Shown: in pieces, positions 41,065 to 50,786 of the stretch | Layout of the letters: the number at the start of each line of letters is the position of its first letter | Position numbering within the stretch: the first letter of the stretch is position 1 | Source: Candidatus Micrarchaeota archaeon | GTDB taxonomy: Archaea; Micrarchaeota; Micrarchaeia; Anstonellales; JAHKLY01 | NCBI GenBank assembly: GCA_020854825.1 | Contig: JAHKLY010000003.1 | Span: 38 to 64,037, forward strand | Length of the DNA: 64,000 nt | Direction of reading: 5' to 3' | The notes under the pieces: generated by a model | Told to the model about the DNA's origin: nothing | Databases searched by the model: none | The model's input: the letters and a program-made list of their open reading frames with translations, nothing else | Program-made: the position numbers and the translations under genes

Positions 41065-41225
41065 TCAAAAAAGATTTATAAATCAATTGGTATGTAAAAA
41101 ACCATTAATCTACTTCAAAATCAGAAGGAAAACCTTTTAAATATCTTGTTATAATAAAATACTCACTTATTTTAAAGGTTAAAAGTAGAATTTAACTTTA
41201 AATTAAATTACAGGAGTTGAATATT

Positions 41226-43415
41226 ATGGCTAAAAAAGAATTTGTTGTAGAAGAAGTTCAAAAAATAATGAAAAACGTTGAAAATGTTAGAAATATTGCT
41301 ATTGTTGCACACGTAGATCATGGGAAAACAACAATGACTGATTCATTAGTTGCAAGAGCAGGTTTAATTAATAAGGAAACAGCTGGAGAACAAAGGGTTA
41401 TGGATTTTGATGAGCAAGAACAAGCTAGAGGAATAACTATAAACTCAGCAAATATTTCATTAGCATTTACTTATGAAGATAAAAACTATTTAGTTAATTT
41501 AATTGATACCCCAGGACACGTAGATTTTGGTGGACACGTTACAAGGGCTTTAAGGGCTGTTGATGGAATTGTTTTAGTTATTGATGCAGTTGAAGGAATT
41601 ATGCCCCAAACAGAAACAGTTTTAAGACAAGCAATGAAAGAGAGGGCAAAACCAACTGTTTTTGTAAATAAAGTGGATAGATTAATTAAAGAATTAAGAC
41701 TAACTCCAGAAGCAATGCAAGAAAAATTAATTAAAGTAATCAAAGGAGTAAATGATTTAATTGACAAATATGGACCTCCTGAATATAAAAAAGAATGGCA
41801 TATTGGAGTTGAAAAAGGGAATATTTGTTTTGGATCTGCATTTCTTAAATGGGCAGTTTCAATAAACTCAATGAAAAAATCTAATATTGGATTTAAAGAC
41901 ATTATAGACTTATGTTTAAGTGGGCAAGACTCAGTATTAGTCCAAAAATCACCAGTTGATGAAGTTATGCTTGGTATGGTTATTGAACATTTACCAAATC
42001 CATTAAATGCACAAAAATATAGAATTCCTCAAATTTGGAAAGGGGACTTAAAATCAGAAATTGGAAATGATATGATTAATTGTAATCCAAATGGAAAAGC
42101 AGTAGGAGTAGTTTTTGGAGTAGTAAATGACCCACATGCTGGAGAAGTTGCTTTAACAAGATTATTCTCTGGAAGTGTATCAAAAAGTAAAGAATTATTT
42201 TTAGCTTCAAAACTAAAAACTGAAAGAGTACAACAAATAGGAATTTACATGGCAAAAGACAGAGTTATGTGTGAAGAGATTATTGCAGGGAATATTGTAG
42301 GAATTGTTGGATTAAAAGATATATATGTTGGAGAAACAATATCCGAAGGAGAAATAGAACCTTTTGAACAAATCAAACACTACTCAGAACCAGTTATTAC
42401 AAAATCTATTGAAGCAAAGGATAGTAAAGATTTAGCAAGATTAATTCAAGTTCTACGATCTTTATCAAAAGAAGACCCAACTTTAAAAGTAACAATTAAC
42501 CAAGAAACTGGAGAACATTTAATTTCTGGTATGGGAGAATTACATCTTGAGATTATTGAATATAAAATTAGAAATGAAAAAAAACTACCTATAATAACAT
42601 CTCCTCCAATTGTTGTATATAGGGAATCTATAATCGCAGGTTATGGTCCTATAGAAGGAAAATCTCCAAATAAACATACAAAATTAACATTTAGTATAGA
42701 ACCATTAGAAGAAAAGATTGTTGACGCATTGGAAAACGGACAAATAATGCAAGGAAAACCCAAAGGAAAAGCATCTATAGATAAAATGATTGAAGCAGGA
42801 ATGGAAAGAGATGAAGCAAAAAAAGTTGTTAATGTATATGGAAAAAATATATTAATTGACGAATCTGTTAGTGTACAGTACTTAAACGAGATTATGGAAT
42901 TAGTCATACAAGGATTTGAAGAAGCAATGAGCAAAGGTCCATTATCACATGAAAAAGTAGTAGGTGTTAAAGTAAAACTTTTAGATGGTTCAATTCACGA
43001 AGATCCAGTACACAGAGGACCAGCACAATTATTACCTACAGTAAGAAAACCTATATATGCTTGTATGCTTTCAGCAGGAGTAATATTACAAGAACCAAAA
43101 CAAAAAATATTGGTTCAAGTACCTCACGACTATGCAAATGCAGTTATCACTTTAATACAAGGTAAAAGAGGACAATTAATGAATATGGAGCAGGAAGGGG
43201 AAATATCAGCAATATCTATGAAAGTTCCAGTAGCTGAATTATTTGGATTTTCAAATAATATCAGAGGAACAACACAAGGAAAAGCTATTTGGTATCAAGA
43301 ATATGCAGGTTATGAACAAGTACCTAAAAATCTACAAGGACAAATAGTTACAGAAATTAGAAAAAGAAAAGGTGAAAAACCTGAAGCACCAACAGCAAAA
43401 GATTTCCTAGAATAA
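41226..43415 (+). CDS. fusA: Translation elongation factor 2 (aEF-2)
   Basis: AIVAHVDHGKTTMTDSL G-domain. Diphthamide-region HEDPVHRGPAQLLP. GGAG about 9 nt upstream of ATG 41226. The ORF track begins at an in-frame TTG at 41217. Confidence 0.95.
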   Translation: MAKKEFVVEEVQKIMKNVENVRNIAIVAHVDHGKTTMTDSLVARAGLINKETAGEQRVMDFDEQEQARGITINSANISLAFTYEDKNYLVNLIDTPGHVDFGGHVTRALRAVDGIVLVIDAVEGIMPQTETVLRQAMKERAKPTVFVNKVDRLIKELRLTPEAMQEKLIKVIKGVNDLIDKYGPPEYKKEWHIGVEKGNICFGSAFLKWAVSINSMKKSNIGFKDIIDLCLSGQDSVLVQKSPVDEVMLGMVIEHLPNPLNAQKYRIPQIWKGDLKSEIGNDMINCNPNGKAVGVVFGVVNDPHAGEVALTRLFSGSVSKSKELFLASKLKTERVQQIGIYMAKDRVMCEEIIAGNIVGIVGLKDIYVGETISEGEIEPFEQIKHYSEPVITKSIEAKDSKDLARLIQVLRSLSKEDPTLKVTINQETGEHLISGMGELHLEIIEYKIRNEKKLPIITSPPIVVYRESIIAGYGPIEGKSPNKHTKLTFSIEPLEEKIVDALENGQIMQGKPKGKASIDKMIEAGMERDEAKKVVNVYGKNILIDESVSVQYLNEIMELVIQGFEEAMSKGPLSHEKVVGVKVKLLDGSIHEDPVHRGPAQLLPTVRKPIYACMLSAGVILQEPKQKILVQVPHDYANAVITLIQGKRGQLMNMEQEGEISAISMKVPVAELFGFSNNIRGTTQGKAIWYQEYAGYEQVPKNLQGQIVTEIRKRKGEKPEAPTAKDFLE

Positions 43416-43420
43416 TTCTA

Positions 43421-43440
43421 GGCTCTTTTTTTTATATTTT
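43421..43440 (+). terminator. Oligo-T tract (CTCTTTTTTTTATATTTTT) after EF-2
   Basis: T-run immediately after the stop codon. Confidence 0.3.
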
Positions 43441-43654
43441 TAACATAATAAAAACGTTTAAAAAGACAGAAAAAAGTATATATATATGGAATTAAACACA
43501 AAACACACACATAAAATTATACTAAATAATAATCATTGGCATTACTCATCTTTAAAAGAAACCATCAGAATATTAGAAACTACATTAAAAAAATATAATA
43601 AAGGAAAAAAAACAGAGAGATTAAGAAAAATATTAAAAAATAGATTCTACTTGG

Positions 43655-44008
43655 TTGAAAGTATATTTTATTATGCCAGGTATATCTCATTTTCCTAAAA
43701 ATTCAGATAATTTAAAACAAGCAATATTAATAATTTATAATAAAACAAATGAAAATGAAGATCAAATTGAGAAGAAAAAAATACAAATCCTTTTAGGTTT
43801 AAAAGAAAATGATACACGAGAAGAAAAATTTATGGCAGAAGTAATTATTTTTAATAATACAAATGGAACATTAACATTTACAAAATTAAAAGAAGAAGGG
43901 AGACTTAAGTTATATAGAAAAATACAACACAGATTTAGAAAAAACGATTCAAACAAAACGGTATGTGAACTGTGTTTAGAATATTTAAAACAAAATGGGT
44001 TTATTTAA
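43655..44008 (+). CDS. Small hypothetical protein (117 aa)
   Basis: ORF only. AT-rich 600-nt spacer between EF-2 and the pilin-like cluster. Confidence 0.3.
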   Translation: MKVYFIMPGISHFPKNSDNLKQAILIIYNKTNENEDQIEKKKIQILLGLKENDTREEKFMAEVIIFNNTNGTLTFTKLKEEGRLKLYRKIQHRFRKNDSNKTVCELCLEYLKQNGFI

Positions 44009-44024
44009 AAATTATATTTTAAAA

Positions 44025-44609
44025 TTAATTATCCCAAATATTAATTTGTAAATTTCCTCTAACTAAATTCCCAGAAGTTGTATTAATAATAATGATCCTA
44101 TTATATGAGGCCACTGTTGTATTTACATTTGTATAATTATCTAGTCCTATATTATACCAAGGCGTTCCTTCTCCTCCATTAAATGCACCTTCTCTGTATA
44201 TTTTAATATTTACATCATAGCCTGTTCTTAAAACTCGTTTAAGATTATTATAATTACCAGTATTAAAACCAGAATTTGAACTACCCACCAAATCTTCTAA
44301 ATCTAATATCATCCATTGGTTTAATATAGATGTATTTTCTGCAAAACCTGCAATCATAATTTCTTCAGGATTTGAAGGTATTTTATTAACCCAGCTTTCT
44401 AAACCATCCCAAGTTGGATCTCCTCTTGAAACCAAAGTATCTGAAATTCTTATTGCTGTTCTATAAGCATCTGACTCATTTGTAGTCATAACTCCTTGAA
44501 TAGTAAACCAATAAGTAACTATTAAACTCATTGTAATCATAAAAATAATAATAGAAGTAATTGCATCAAAAGAAAAATATTGTCCTTTTCTAGTTTTTAC
44601 ACCTATCAT
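44025..44609 (-). CDS. Type IV pilin-like protein with class III signal peptide (RKGQ/YFSFDAITSIIIFMITMSLIV)
   Basis: N-terminal basic-G-Q followed by about 20 hydrophobic residues (prepilin peptidase substrate pattern). Confidence 0.7.
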   Translation of the reverse strand: MIGVKTRKGQYFSFDAITSIIIFMITMSLIVTYWFTIQGVMTTNESDAYRTAIRISDTLVSRGDPTWDGLESWVNKIPSNPEEIMIAGFAENTSILNQWMILDLEDLVGSSNSGFNTGNYNNLKRVLRTGYDVNIKIYREGAFNGGEGTPWYNIGLDNYTNVNTTVASYNRIIIINTTSGNLVRGNLQINIWDN

Positions 44610-44610
44610 T

Positions 44611-45087
44611 TTAATTCACCTGAATATATATTCTCCCCTTTGTATTATTCACCAATATGTGATCTATTATCTCTACTGATTTTATCTTTAAATCTCCAGA
44701 AATATTTTTTGTATTTAATGGATATGAATATCCTGTTAACCTATCCGTAGTTTCAAATGACACTATTGCAAAACCTGAAACCTCACCAGTAGTTGTATTT
44801 CCTAAATATGTTACATACTCTTTTCCAGCTATTACCTTGGGCATATAAAATTTCCCCTGAAATCCATTACCAGCTACTAATGCAAAATTTATCATATCCG
44901 CATATTGGCCTCCTACTTCATAAGCCAATTCCGATTCTCTTTGTTCAGATTCAGTTAACACTGAATTTAAAAAGAATAATCCTATTAAACCTAAGAAAAA
45001 TACAAACGCACTTGCATAGATATAAAATTCCAATGCTGCTTGTCCTTTTTTATTTGATTGCAATAAATTTGATAACATTCCCATCAT
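44611..45087 (-). CDS. Type IV pilin-like protein with class III signal peptide (KKGQAALEFYIYASAFVFFLGLIGLFFL)
   Basis: As above. Confidence 0.7.
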   Translation of the reverse strand: MMGMLSNLLQSNKKGQAALEFYIYASAFVFFLGLIGLFFLNSVLTESEQRESELAYEVGGQYADMINFALVAGNGFQGKFYMPKVIAGKEYVTYLGNTTTGEVSGFAIVSFETTDRLTGYSYPLNTKNISGDLKIKSVEIIDHILVNNTKGRIYIQVN

Positions 45088-45505
45088 ATTCTATCTTCAC
45101 CTTTTGAATTCCTTGATTTAAACCAGCACTACCTGTTATATTAGAAGTTATATCAATTGGTGCAATAGATATAGCCACAATATCTACTTCACCAGGTTCC
45201 AAGTCTAATATAAATACAATCTCACTTTCTTGATTTGGAAGACTTTCAAACCTTATTTCTTTTAATTTCTGAGGCATTGCAACAGAAATAATTTGTGATG
45301 CATCTTTACCTTGTATATATACTGAATTAGCAGTATCTGCTAATTGCTTAACTGAACTTCTTGCTTGTAATATAACTGCTTCTTCTTTATTTAAAGAAGT
45401 TAATAAAAATAATAAAGGTATGGAAAATAAAATAATAAACCCAAGAATAGTTATTGTTTCTATTGCAGATTGTCCTTTTTTCATATTATTCACACCTTGC
45501 TCCAT
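45050..45505 (-). CDS. Type IV pilin-like protein with class III signal peptide (MKKGQSAIETITILGFIILFSIPLLFLL); start probably at the second Met (45484)
   Basis: KKGQSAIE matches archaeal pilin N-termini. Confidence 0.7.
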   Translation of the reverse strand: MEQGVNNMKKGQSAIETITILGFIILFSIPLLFLLTSLNKEEAVILQARSSVKQLADTANSVYIQGKDASQIISVAMPQKLKEIRFESLPNQESEIVFILDLEPGEVDIVAISIAPIDITSNITGSAGLNQGIQKVKIEYDGNVIKFIAIK

Positions 45506-47453
45506 TATCTTCTATACAAGTAATTCTCTCTAATCCATATTGTTGCATTATCTCATTAGTTATTGTAAAATGTCCTGTACCTACAGTTACTACAGGATCA
45601 TCTGAATCCATATATGTTGACGTCATGTCAAAGGAATTACAGCCAGGCATTCCTTTAATCATATGCTCTCCTGATCTATCACGTGCAAAATTTCTATCTA
45701 ATTGACATAAATTATCTTTATCTGGATTGTGATATCCTCCTGCATATGGACCTACTAAAAATGTTTCTAAACCAAAATTATCACTATCTAATTCCCATGG
45801 TTCTTCTATCATTCTTTGGAAAAATGAAGGTCCATATATATCACTTTCATTTGTTTCAATATAAGCACCACACATAATCATTTCTCTTAAATCATTTAAA
45901 TCCCATAATTCATGAAAACCATAAAATGCATCTGAAGCTGAAACATCATGATCATTTTCATTATTTATTAATACAAATCTTTTATCTGATAACTCCCCAT
46001 AAAGTTCATCTGTTCCATTATAATTACCTGGTTTTTCAACACTACTTAAAGAAGGTGATGAAACACCAATATTATACATCAAATAAGGTTTTGAAATACT
46101 ATTTGTTACTACTCCTGTGCCTAAATCTGAAGGAAGAGATACACTTCCTTGATTACAAATTAAATCATATTGTGCAGAATATTTTGTTCTAAAAATATCA
46201 AACACATTTTCATCATCAGAAGGATCAGTTATATCACAAACATAATGAGTTAAAACTAATGAGGAAGTACTCAATTCATTATTCCAACTACAATCAGTTA
46301 AACCTTCATAACAATCAAACGGACATAAGGTTGCATCACAATTCTGATATGTACAAGTTACTTCACATCTTAAATTTATATTAACCTCTGTCTGTCCTAG
46401 TTTTCCTTCACACATAGTAAGTGTAAATGATCCAGAATTTGTAGCACTAGCATTAACTTCCATACAATCATTTCTAACATTTTTAACTATAAATGCACCA
46501 TAAGAATCAAGTATTAATCCTTTTTGAACTTCACTTAATACATCCCAATCAATTGCATTTGATTCAACAATATATTTGGGCGATTTATGATTAGTATATA
46601 TCTCAGATATTACTCCAGGTGTTGGCTCATTTACTATTGTTTTAAAGGGAATAACTGGACCATAAAAAAATCCTTTTCCTTTATTTGCACCATCACTTAT
46701 AATCTCAATATTAATATCCTCAACATTAGGATGATCTAATTCAGAACTTTTATATTTGAATATTTGTCTTCTTGCATCTTCATTTCCAGATTCCTCCTTA
46801 ATTAAAATTGATACTGCAGCATCATTAAATCCTTCAATTGAATAAGTTCTATTTATAGTAATATTTTGTATCCTACTAAATCTTCCGTCATTACTTTCAA
46901 CATTTGTTGTTGCTTCAAAATAAATATTAACATTCCAAGGATCAACTTGTTTAAAAGTAAAATTTCTCATATCTGAAATTTCACAAACATATCCTAATTG
47001 AGCACAAATCTGATTTATTTTAGTTCCCCACTCTACAAAAGTATATTTTTCCTTCTCACCAATTTCATAATTATAATCTCCACCAACCATGATTGAAAAA
47101 TATGACATTGGAACTTTACCTTCTGTCATTAAAGAATAAATTGACATATTAACATATTTTGTACCTTTATTTCCATTTGTATCCATTGCTGTTCCATACT
47201 GTTTTAAGGGTCTTGTTTTTTTTATTATATGCTCATTTAATGAATATAATGCATAAAACGATGACATTTCAGCAAAATCTCCAATTTCTTCTTCACTAAC
47301 CATATCAAAAATTTGCCCCATTGCAATAAATTTGAATTTTTCTTCTGCTCTTTGTTCTCTTTCATTTATTGTTTGAACATAATACGAAACAGCTAACACT
47401 AATACAAATAATACAAGTACAACCACTGCTGTAAATATAAATCCTTTTTTCAT
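45486..47453 (-). CDS. Large (655 aa) pilin-like protein: class III-like signal peptide (MKKGFIFTAVVVLVLFVLVLAV) plus Cys-rich C-terminal domain; candidate tip/adhesin subunit
   Basis: N-terminal pattern plus an extracellular Cys-rich region. Confidence 0.6.
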   Translation of the reverse strand: MKKGFIFTAVVVLVLFVLVLAVSYYVQTINEREQRAEEKFKFIAMGQIFDMVSEEEIGDFAEMSSFYALYSLNEHIIKKTRPLKQYGTAMDTNGNKGTKYVNMSIYSLMTEGKVPMSYFSIMVGGDYNYEIGEKEKYTFVEWGTKINQICAQLGYVCEISDMRNFTFKQVDPWNVNIYFEATTNVESNDGRFSRIQNITINRTYSIEGFNDAAVSILIKEESGNEDARRQIFKYKSSELDHPNVEDINIEIISDGANKGKGFFYGPVIPFKTIVNEPTPGVISEIYTNHKSPKYIVESNAIDWDVLSEVQKGLILDSYGAFIVKNVRNDCMEVNASATNSGSFTLTMCEGKLGQTEVNINLRCEVTCTYQNCDATLCPFDCYEGLTDCSWNNELSTSSLVLTHYVCDITDPSDDENVFDIFRTKYSAQYDLICNQGSVSLPSDLGTGVVTNSISKPYLMYNIGVSSPSLSSVEKPGNYNGTDELYGELSDKRFVLINNENDHDVSASDAFYGFHELWDLNDLREMIMCGAYIETNESDIYGPSFFQRMIEEPWELDSDNFGLETFLVGPYAGGYHNPDKDNLCQLDRNFARDRSGEHMIKGMPGCNSFDMTSTYMDSDDPVVTVGTGHFTITNEIMQQYGLERITCIEDNGARCE

Positions 47454-47461
47454 TTAAACAC

Positions 47462-48037
47462 CTAAATACAAACTATTAATCTTAATAATTGAACTTCTAA
47501 ATCTCCAGGTTCAAAATAAGAACCAGGTTCTCCACATGGAGTATGTTCACCATCACATTGTATATATCCAAATTGCATTGTTGTTGTATCTGGATTAACA
47601 GAATATGCTGTTAAAATAATTGGGGCTGATGCTTTTGCTTTTCTATAATCTTCACAAGTATATCCCCCATACTCACTTTCAACATTACATTCTGATCCCA
47701 TATCTTCCCAGGTATTAGAAGTTGTATCATAATATTGTAATACAAATCCGTATTGGTTTGGAATATTTTCTCTTATATTCCTACAAACTCCTCCTGCATC
47801 TGGAGGAATTCCATCATCTACAAATGCTTCTGCTATTAAATCCATATATGTCTCCGCCGTAATGGAGTCTTCTGCATATCTTAACATTGCTGCAGTATCT
47901 TTTGCTAATATATACGTTTGCTGAAATTCTTGATAATATCCTTTGGGAACTGAAACAAAAATAAACAAACCATACAATAAGGTGACTGCAAGAATAAAAG
48001 CTATGAATGAATCAAAGGTAAATGCAAACGCCTTCAT
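47462..48037 (-). CDS. Pilin-like protein with probable class III signal peptide (MKAFAFTFDSFIAFILAVTLLYGLFIFV)
   Basis: K-A-F then hydrophobic stretch. First gene of the minus-strand pilin-like array. Confidence 0.5.
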   Translation of the reverse strand: MKAFAFTFDSFIAFILAVTLLYGLFIFVSVPKGYYQEFQQTYILAKDTAAMLRYAEDSITAETYMDLIAEAFVDDGIPPDAGGVCRNIRENIPNQYGFVLQYYDTTSNTWEDMGSECNVESEYGGYTCEDYRKAKASAPIILTAYSVNPDTTTMQFGYIQCDGEHTPCGEPGSYFEPGDLEVQLLRLIVCI

Positions 48038-48158
48038 AAGAAATAATTTATGGGTGTAAGTTTAAATATCTTTCCAAGGAGTGAAAATCATATACTGCCA
48101 TAAAGAACGAAAGCTTTAAAATAGATAAGCACATAAATTATAACATATCTATGGAGGG

Positions 48159-49310
48159 GTGAGGTATTTGAAAAAAATAATCTTTGTATTTATGCTAGTA
48201 TGTATCGCATTCTTAACTGCGCAAGATACATATGAACAAATTTGTGAAAATGAATATGGTTTAGAAATAACCCGTATTATGAATATACATTCTGAAAACA
48301 AAATAGATCAATTTAGGAATGTACAAACAAAATTATATGACACAAATATAAGTTTAATTATAAAAAATAACGGCATACCAAAAGCAGGCATAGAAATAAA
48401 AGATAAAATAGATTATTTACCAACTAATATTAAACTCCAATTTTATCCAAATACAGAAGAAAAAGAAGGAAGAGTTAAATGGACATTTAAAAATGTTAGG
48501 GCAAATGAACAATTAGAAATGACTATTAATTTTAAAGACACACTTGATTTTTGGGAATTTGATAAAATCCCTTGCCCATATATTGAACTCCACTTAAAAG
48601 AAGCCCAATTGATTACCCCAACTATTGGCAGAGTTGGAGATGAAATGCTATTAACAGCAATAACAAAAGATAATGAAGCACTTCCAGAAATTAAAATATC
48701 TGTAATCTCACCTTCAAAAAAAGAGACCATTATCCAAACAGATAATAGGGGAGTAGCAAGATTTACACCTCAAGAAAACGGAGAATATAACTTTGATATT
48801 TTAGATTTTAAAACCAATGAAAATTATTTAGTTGAAGTAGAACAGATGATAAATCAAGATTTAACTACTGCGAATATATTTGATAATACAATAAATATAA
48901 GCGACTTTATCCCCTTGGTTGTTGGTTTAATAATGGTTGCAGTTTTAATATTTGGAATGGTTCTTTATTTTGCACCAAAAAATGAAAATGGTCCAAAACC
49001 AGAAGATTGGGCAAATGCTTTTGGAAATATTGAAGATAGTGAACCAGAATGGATGAAAGAAGTTGATTCTTTTAGTGAAAGCACAATTGAAAAAGAATCC
49101 TCACCATTAAAGGAAGCAGTTAAAACTACAACTATAAAAACAAAACCAATTAAAAAAACGAAAGTAGAGGATATAAAAACAAAAACAAAAAAAATAATTG
49201 AAAATAGAAAAAAGATAAACGCAAACATAAAAAATACAATAAAAAATAAAAAAACAAATGCAAAAACTACTTCTAAATCTAAGAAAAAACCAATAAAAAA
49301 GAAAAAATAA
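48159..49310 (+). CDS. Surface-anchored protein: signal peptide, extracellular domain, C-terminal TM (LVVGLIMVAVLIFGMVLYF) and Lys-rich cytoplasmic tail
   Basis: ORF starts at GTG 48159, or TTG 48168 with a GGAGGGG RBS. Topology read from sequence. Confidence 0.6.
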   Translation: MRYLKKIIFVFMLVCIAFLTAQDTYEQICENEYGLEITRIMNIHSENKIDQFRNVQTKLYDTNISLIIKNNGIPKAGIEIKDKIDYLPTNIKLQFYPNTEEKEGRVKWTFKNVRANEQLEMTINFKDTLDFWEFDKIPCPYIELHLKEAQLITPTIGRVGDEMLLTAITKDNEALPEIKISVISPSKKETIIQTDNRGVARFTPQENGEYNFDILDFKTNENYLVEVEQMINQDLTTANIFDNTINISDFIPLVVGLIMVAVLIFGMVLYFAPKNENGPKPEDWANAFGNIEDSEPEWMKEVDSFSESTIEKESSPLKEAVKTTTIKTKPIKKTKVEDIKTKTKKIIENRKKINANIKNTIKNKKTNAKTTSKSKKKPIKKKK

Positions 49311-49328
49311 CCTTATTCTTTTTTTTTA

Positions 49329-50504
49329 TTATCCCACTTTAACTGGAGTTATATCTTTAAATAAATTAGTTAAATCTTCTTTTTTTGGAAAAACAGATAC
49401 AAACCCTTCTGGTATATCTTCAGGATTTGGAAATCCAAAAACTTCATTCATCACATCTATAAAAATATTAAAAAATTCCATTTGAGTATCCCATGTTGAA
49501 TTAGATAATTTAAAAAAAACGTCTTCAAATTTATATATGAGCCTTTCATCTGTTATTCCTGCTGATTTACAAAAATCAGAACCATTATAAAAAAACATCC
49601 CATTTATCATCTTTTTATAAAATCTTGGAATGCCAAATAATAATTTAGATCCCCCAAGCAAATAAATATCTGTTCCTACTATTTCCCCTTTAAAATTTTC
49701 GTTTTCATCATATTTAAATTTCATAATATCAAAATTTTCACCATAATATTTAATTATCCATGGAGAAACTAAAAAAGAAAAATATTCACTTAAATATTTT
49801 GTAGATATTTCTATATCTAAAGCACCAGATTCAAATTCTTTCAACATTGTTGGAAAATACCTTATTCCTAAATTACTTAATCCTGTTTTATTTATAGTCT
49901 CAATTTTAATAGGCAAACTATGTTTTGATTGCGCATAAGCAGTTGAAATTTCAGTTAATGCAGTTGAAGACGTATTTCCTTCTATTTTATGTAGTGCATG
50001 CGTATATTCATGGATTCCAGTGTTAAATCCTTCTATAAAACATTCTTCTAAAGATAAATTTTTAGTTACCATATATGCCCTAAAAGTTGGAATTCTAATT
50101 TCGTGTTCTTCTGAATCATAATGATATTGACTCCTAAACATTCTTTCCTCTCCTTCTTGAAATCCAGACTCACTTATATTTAACTTAGGCATGTTTTTTA
50201 TCATAGCCTTACCATACTTATCTGAAATAAATTCTCCCCCAAGCCATATCCCCAATATATGAAAATTTACTTCTTTACTCCAATTAGAGATTGGAAAAAA
50301 TTCAAAAAATCTTTCTTCAAGGAATTTTTCGTTTTTTTCAAGCCATAAAAAAAATTCAGATATTCTTCTATTTTTAATATTATCCCCATAATACCCAATA
50401 AAATCAAGCTCTTTTTGTATTATATTTATTAAACCTCCTGAATCTACGACTGTTAAACCAAATGGCCGAGTTTCAGAATTCAAACGAAAAAAACTTCTAT
50501 CCAT
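49329..50504 (-). CDS. Hypothetical protein with HExxH motif (GIHEYTHALH); possible metallopeptidase-like
   Basis: Start reassigned to ATG 50504 (MDRSFF...). The track ORF extends to 50753 across the GC-rich RNA-like island. Confidence 0.55.
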   Translation of the reverse strand: MDRSFFRLNSETRPFGLTVVDSGGLINIIQKELDFIGYYGDNIKNRRISEFFLWLEKNEKFLEERFFEFFPISNWSKEVNFHILGIWLGGEFISDKYGKAMIKNMPKLNISESGFQEGEERMFRSQYHYDSEEHEIRIPTFRAYMVTKNLSLEECFIEGFNTGIHEYTHALHKIEGNTSSTALTEISTAYAQSKHSLPIKIETINKTGLSNLGIRYFPTMLKEFESGALDIEISTKYLSEYFSFLVSPWIIKYYGENFDIMKFKYDENENFKGEIVGTDIYLLGGSKLLFGIPRFYKKMINGMFFYNGSDFCKSAGITDERLIYKFEDVFFKLSNSTWDTQMEFFNIFIDVMNEVFGFPNPEDIPEGFVSVFPKKEDLTNLFKDITPVKVG

Positions 50505-50569
50505 ACAAAAAATATAAATAATACAAATTAAAAGAGTATCTTTAAGTATATATAAAATATTAAAAAAAA

Positions 50570-50760
50570 GCGCCCCGGCCGGGATTGTCACATCATTCTT
50601 TCTTTGTTCAGCTTCTTTGAAAGCTGAAGACACCAAAAGAAAGTGCTTTGAATTCTCGAGCCGAAAAAGTTCTCTTTTCCCCTGGGGGCTTTTCTCTTTC
50701 AAGAGAAAAGGGCCACCCGAGTCGCAGGAGTGACAGTCCTGAATGCTAACCATTGTGTCC
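50570..50760 (-). ncRNA. Candidate structured ncRNA of unresolved class (GC-rich island; TATA-like element upstream, T9 terminator downstream; contains tRNA-Asp-like anticodon hairpin)
   Basis: About 60% GC (about twice the local background). Minus-strand reading begins GGACACAAUGG... and ends ...CCCGGCCGGGGCGC followed by UUUUUUUUU. Several 5-8 bp hairpins. Possibly extends 5' to about 50805 (GCUUCGG can pair with 3' CCGGGGC). Confidence 0.4.
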
Positions 50761-50765
50761 TTAAA

Positions 50766-50786
50766 TGTATATTATATTACATAAAA
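50766..50786 (-). promoter_or_regulatory. TATA-like element (TTTTATGTAATATAA on minus strand) about 26 nt upstream of the GC-rich RNA candidate
   Basis: Position relative to the putative RNA 5' end. AT-rich box. Confidence 0.3.

Noticed and set aside
41217-41225. TTG start for EF-2 (MNIMAKKEF)
   Set aside because: ATG at 41226 has a GGAG about 9 nt upstream and matches the canonical aEF-2 N-terminus.
49329-50753. Six-frame ORF extending the 49329 gene to 50753 (MVSIQDCHSCDSGGPFLL...)
   Set aside because: The extension is read through the GC-rich RNA-like island. The amino-acid sequence is low-plausibility. An ATG start (MDRSFF) exists at 50504, downstream of the island.
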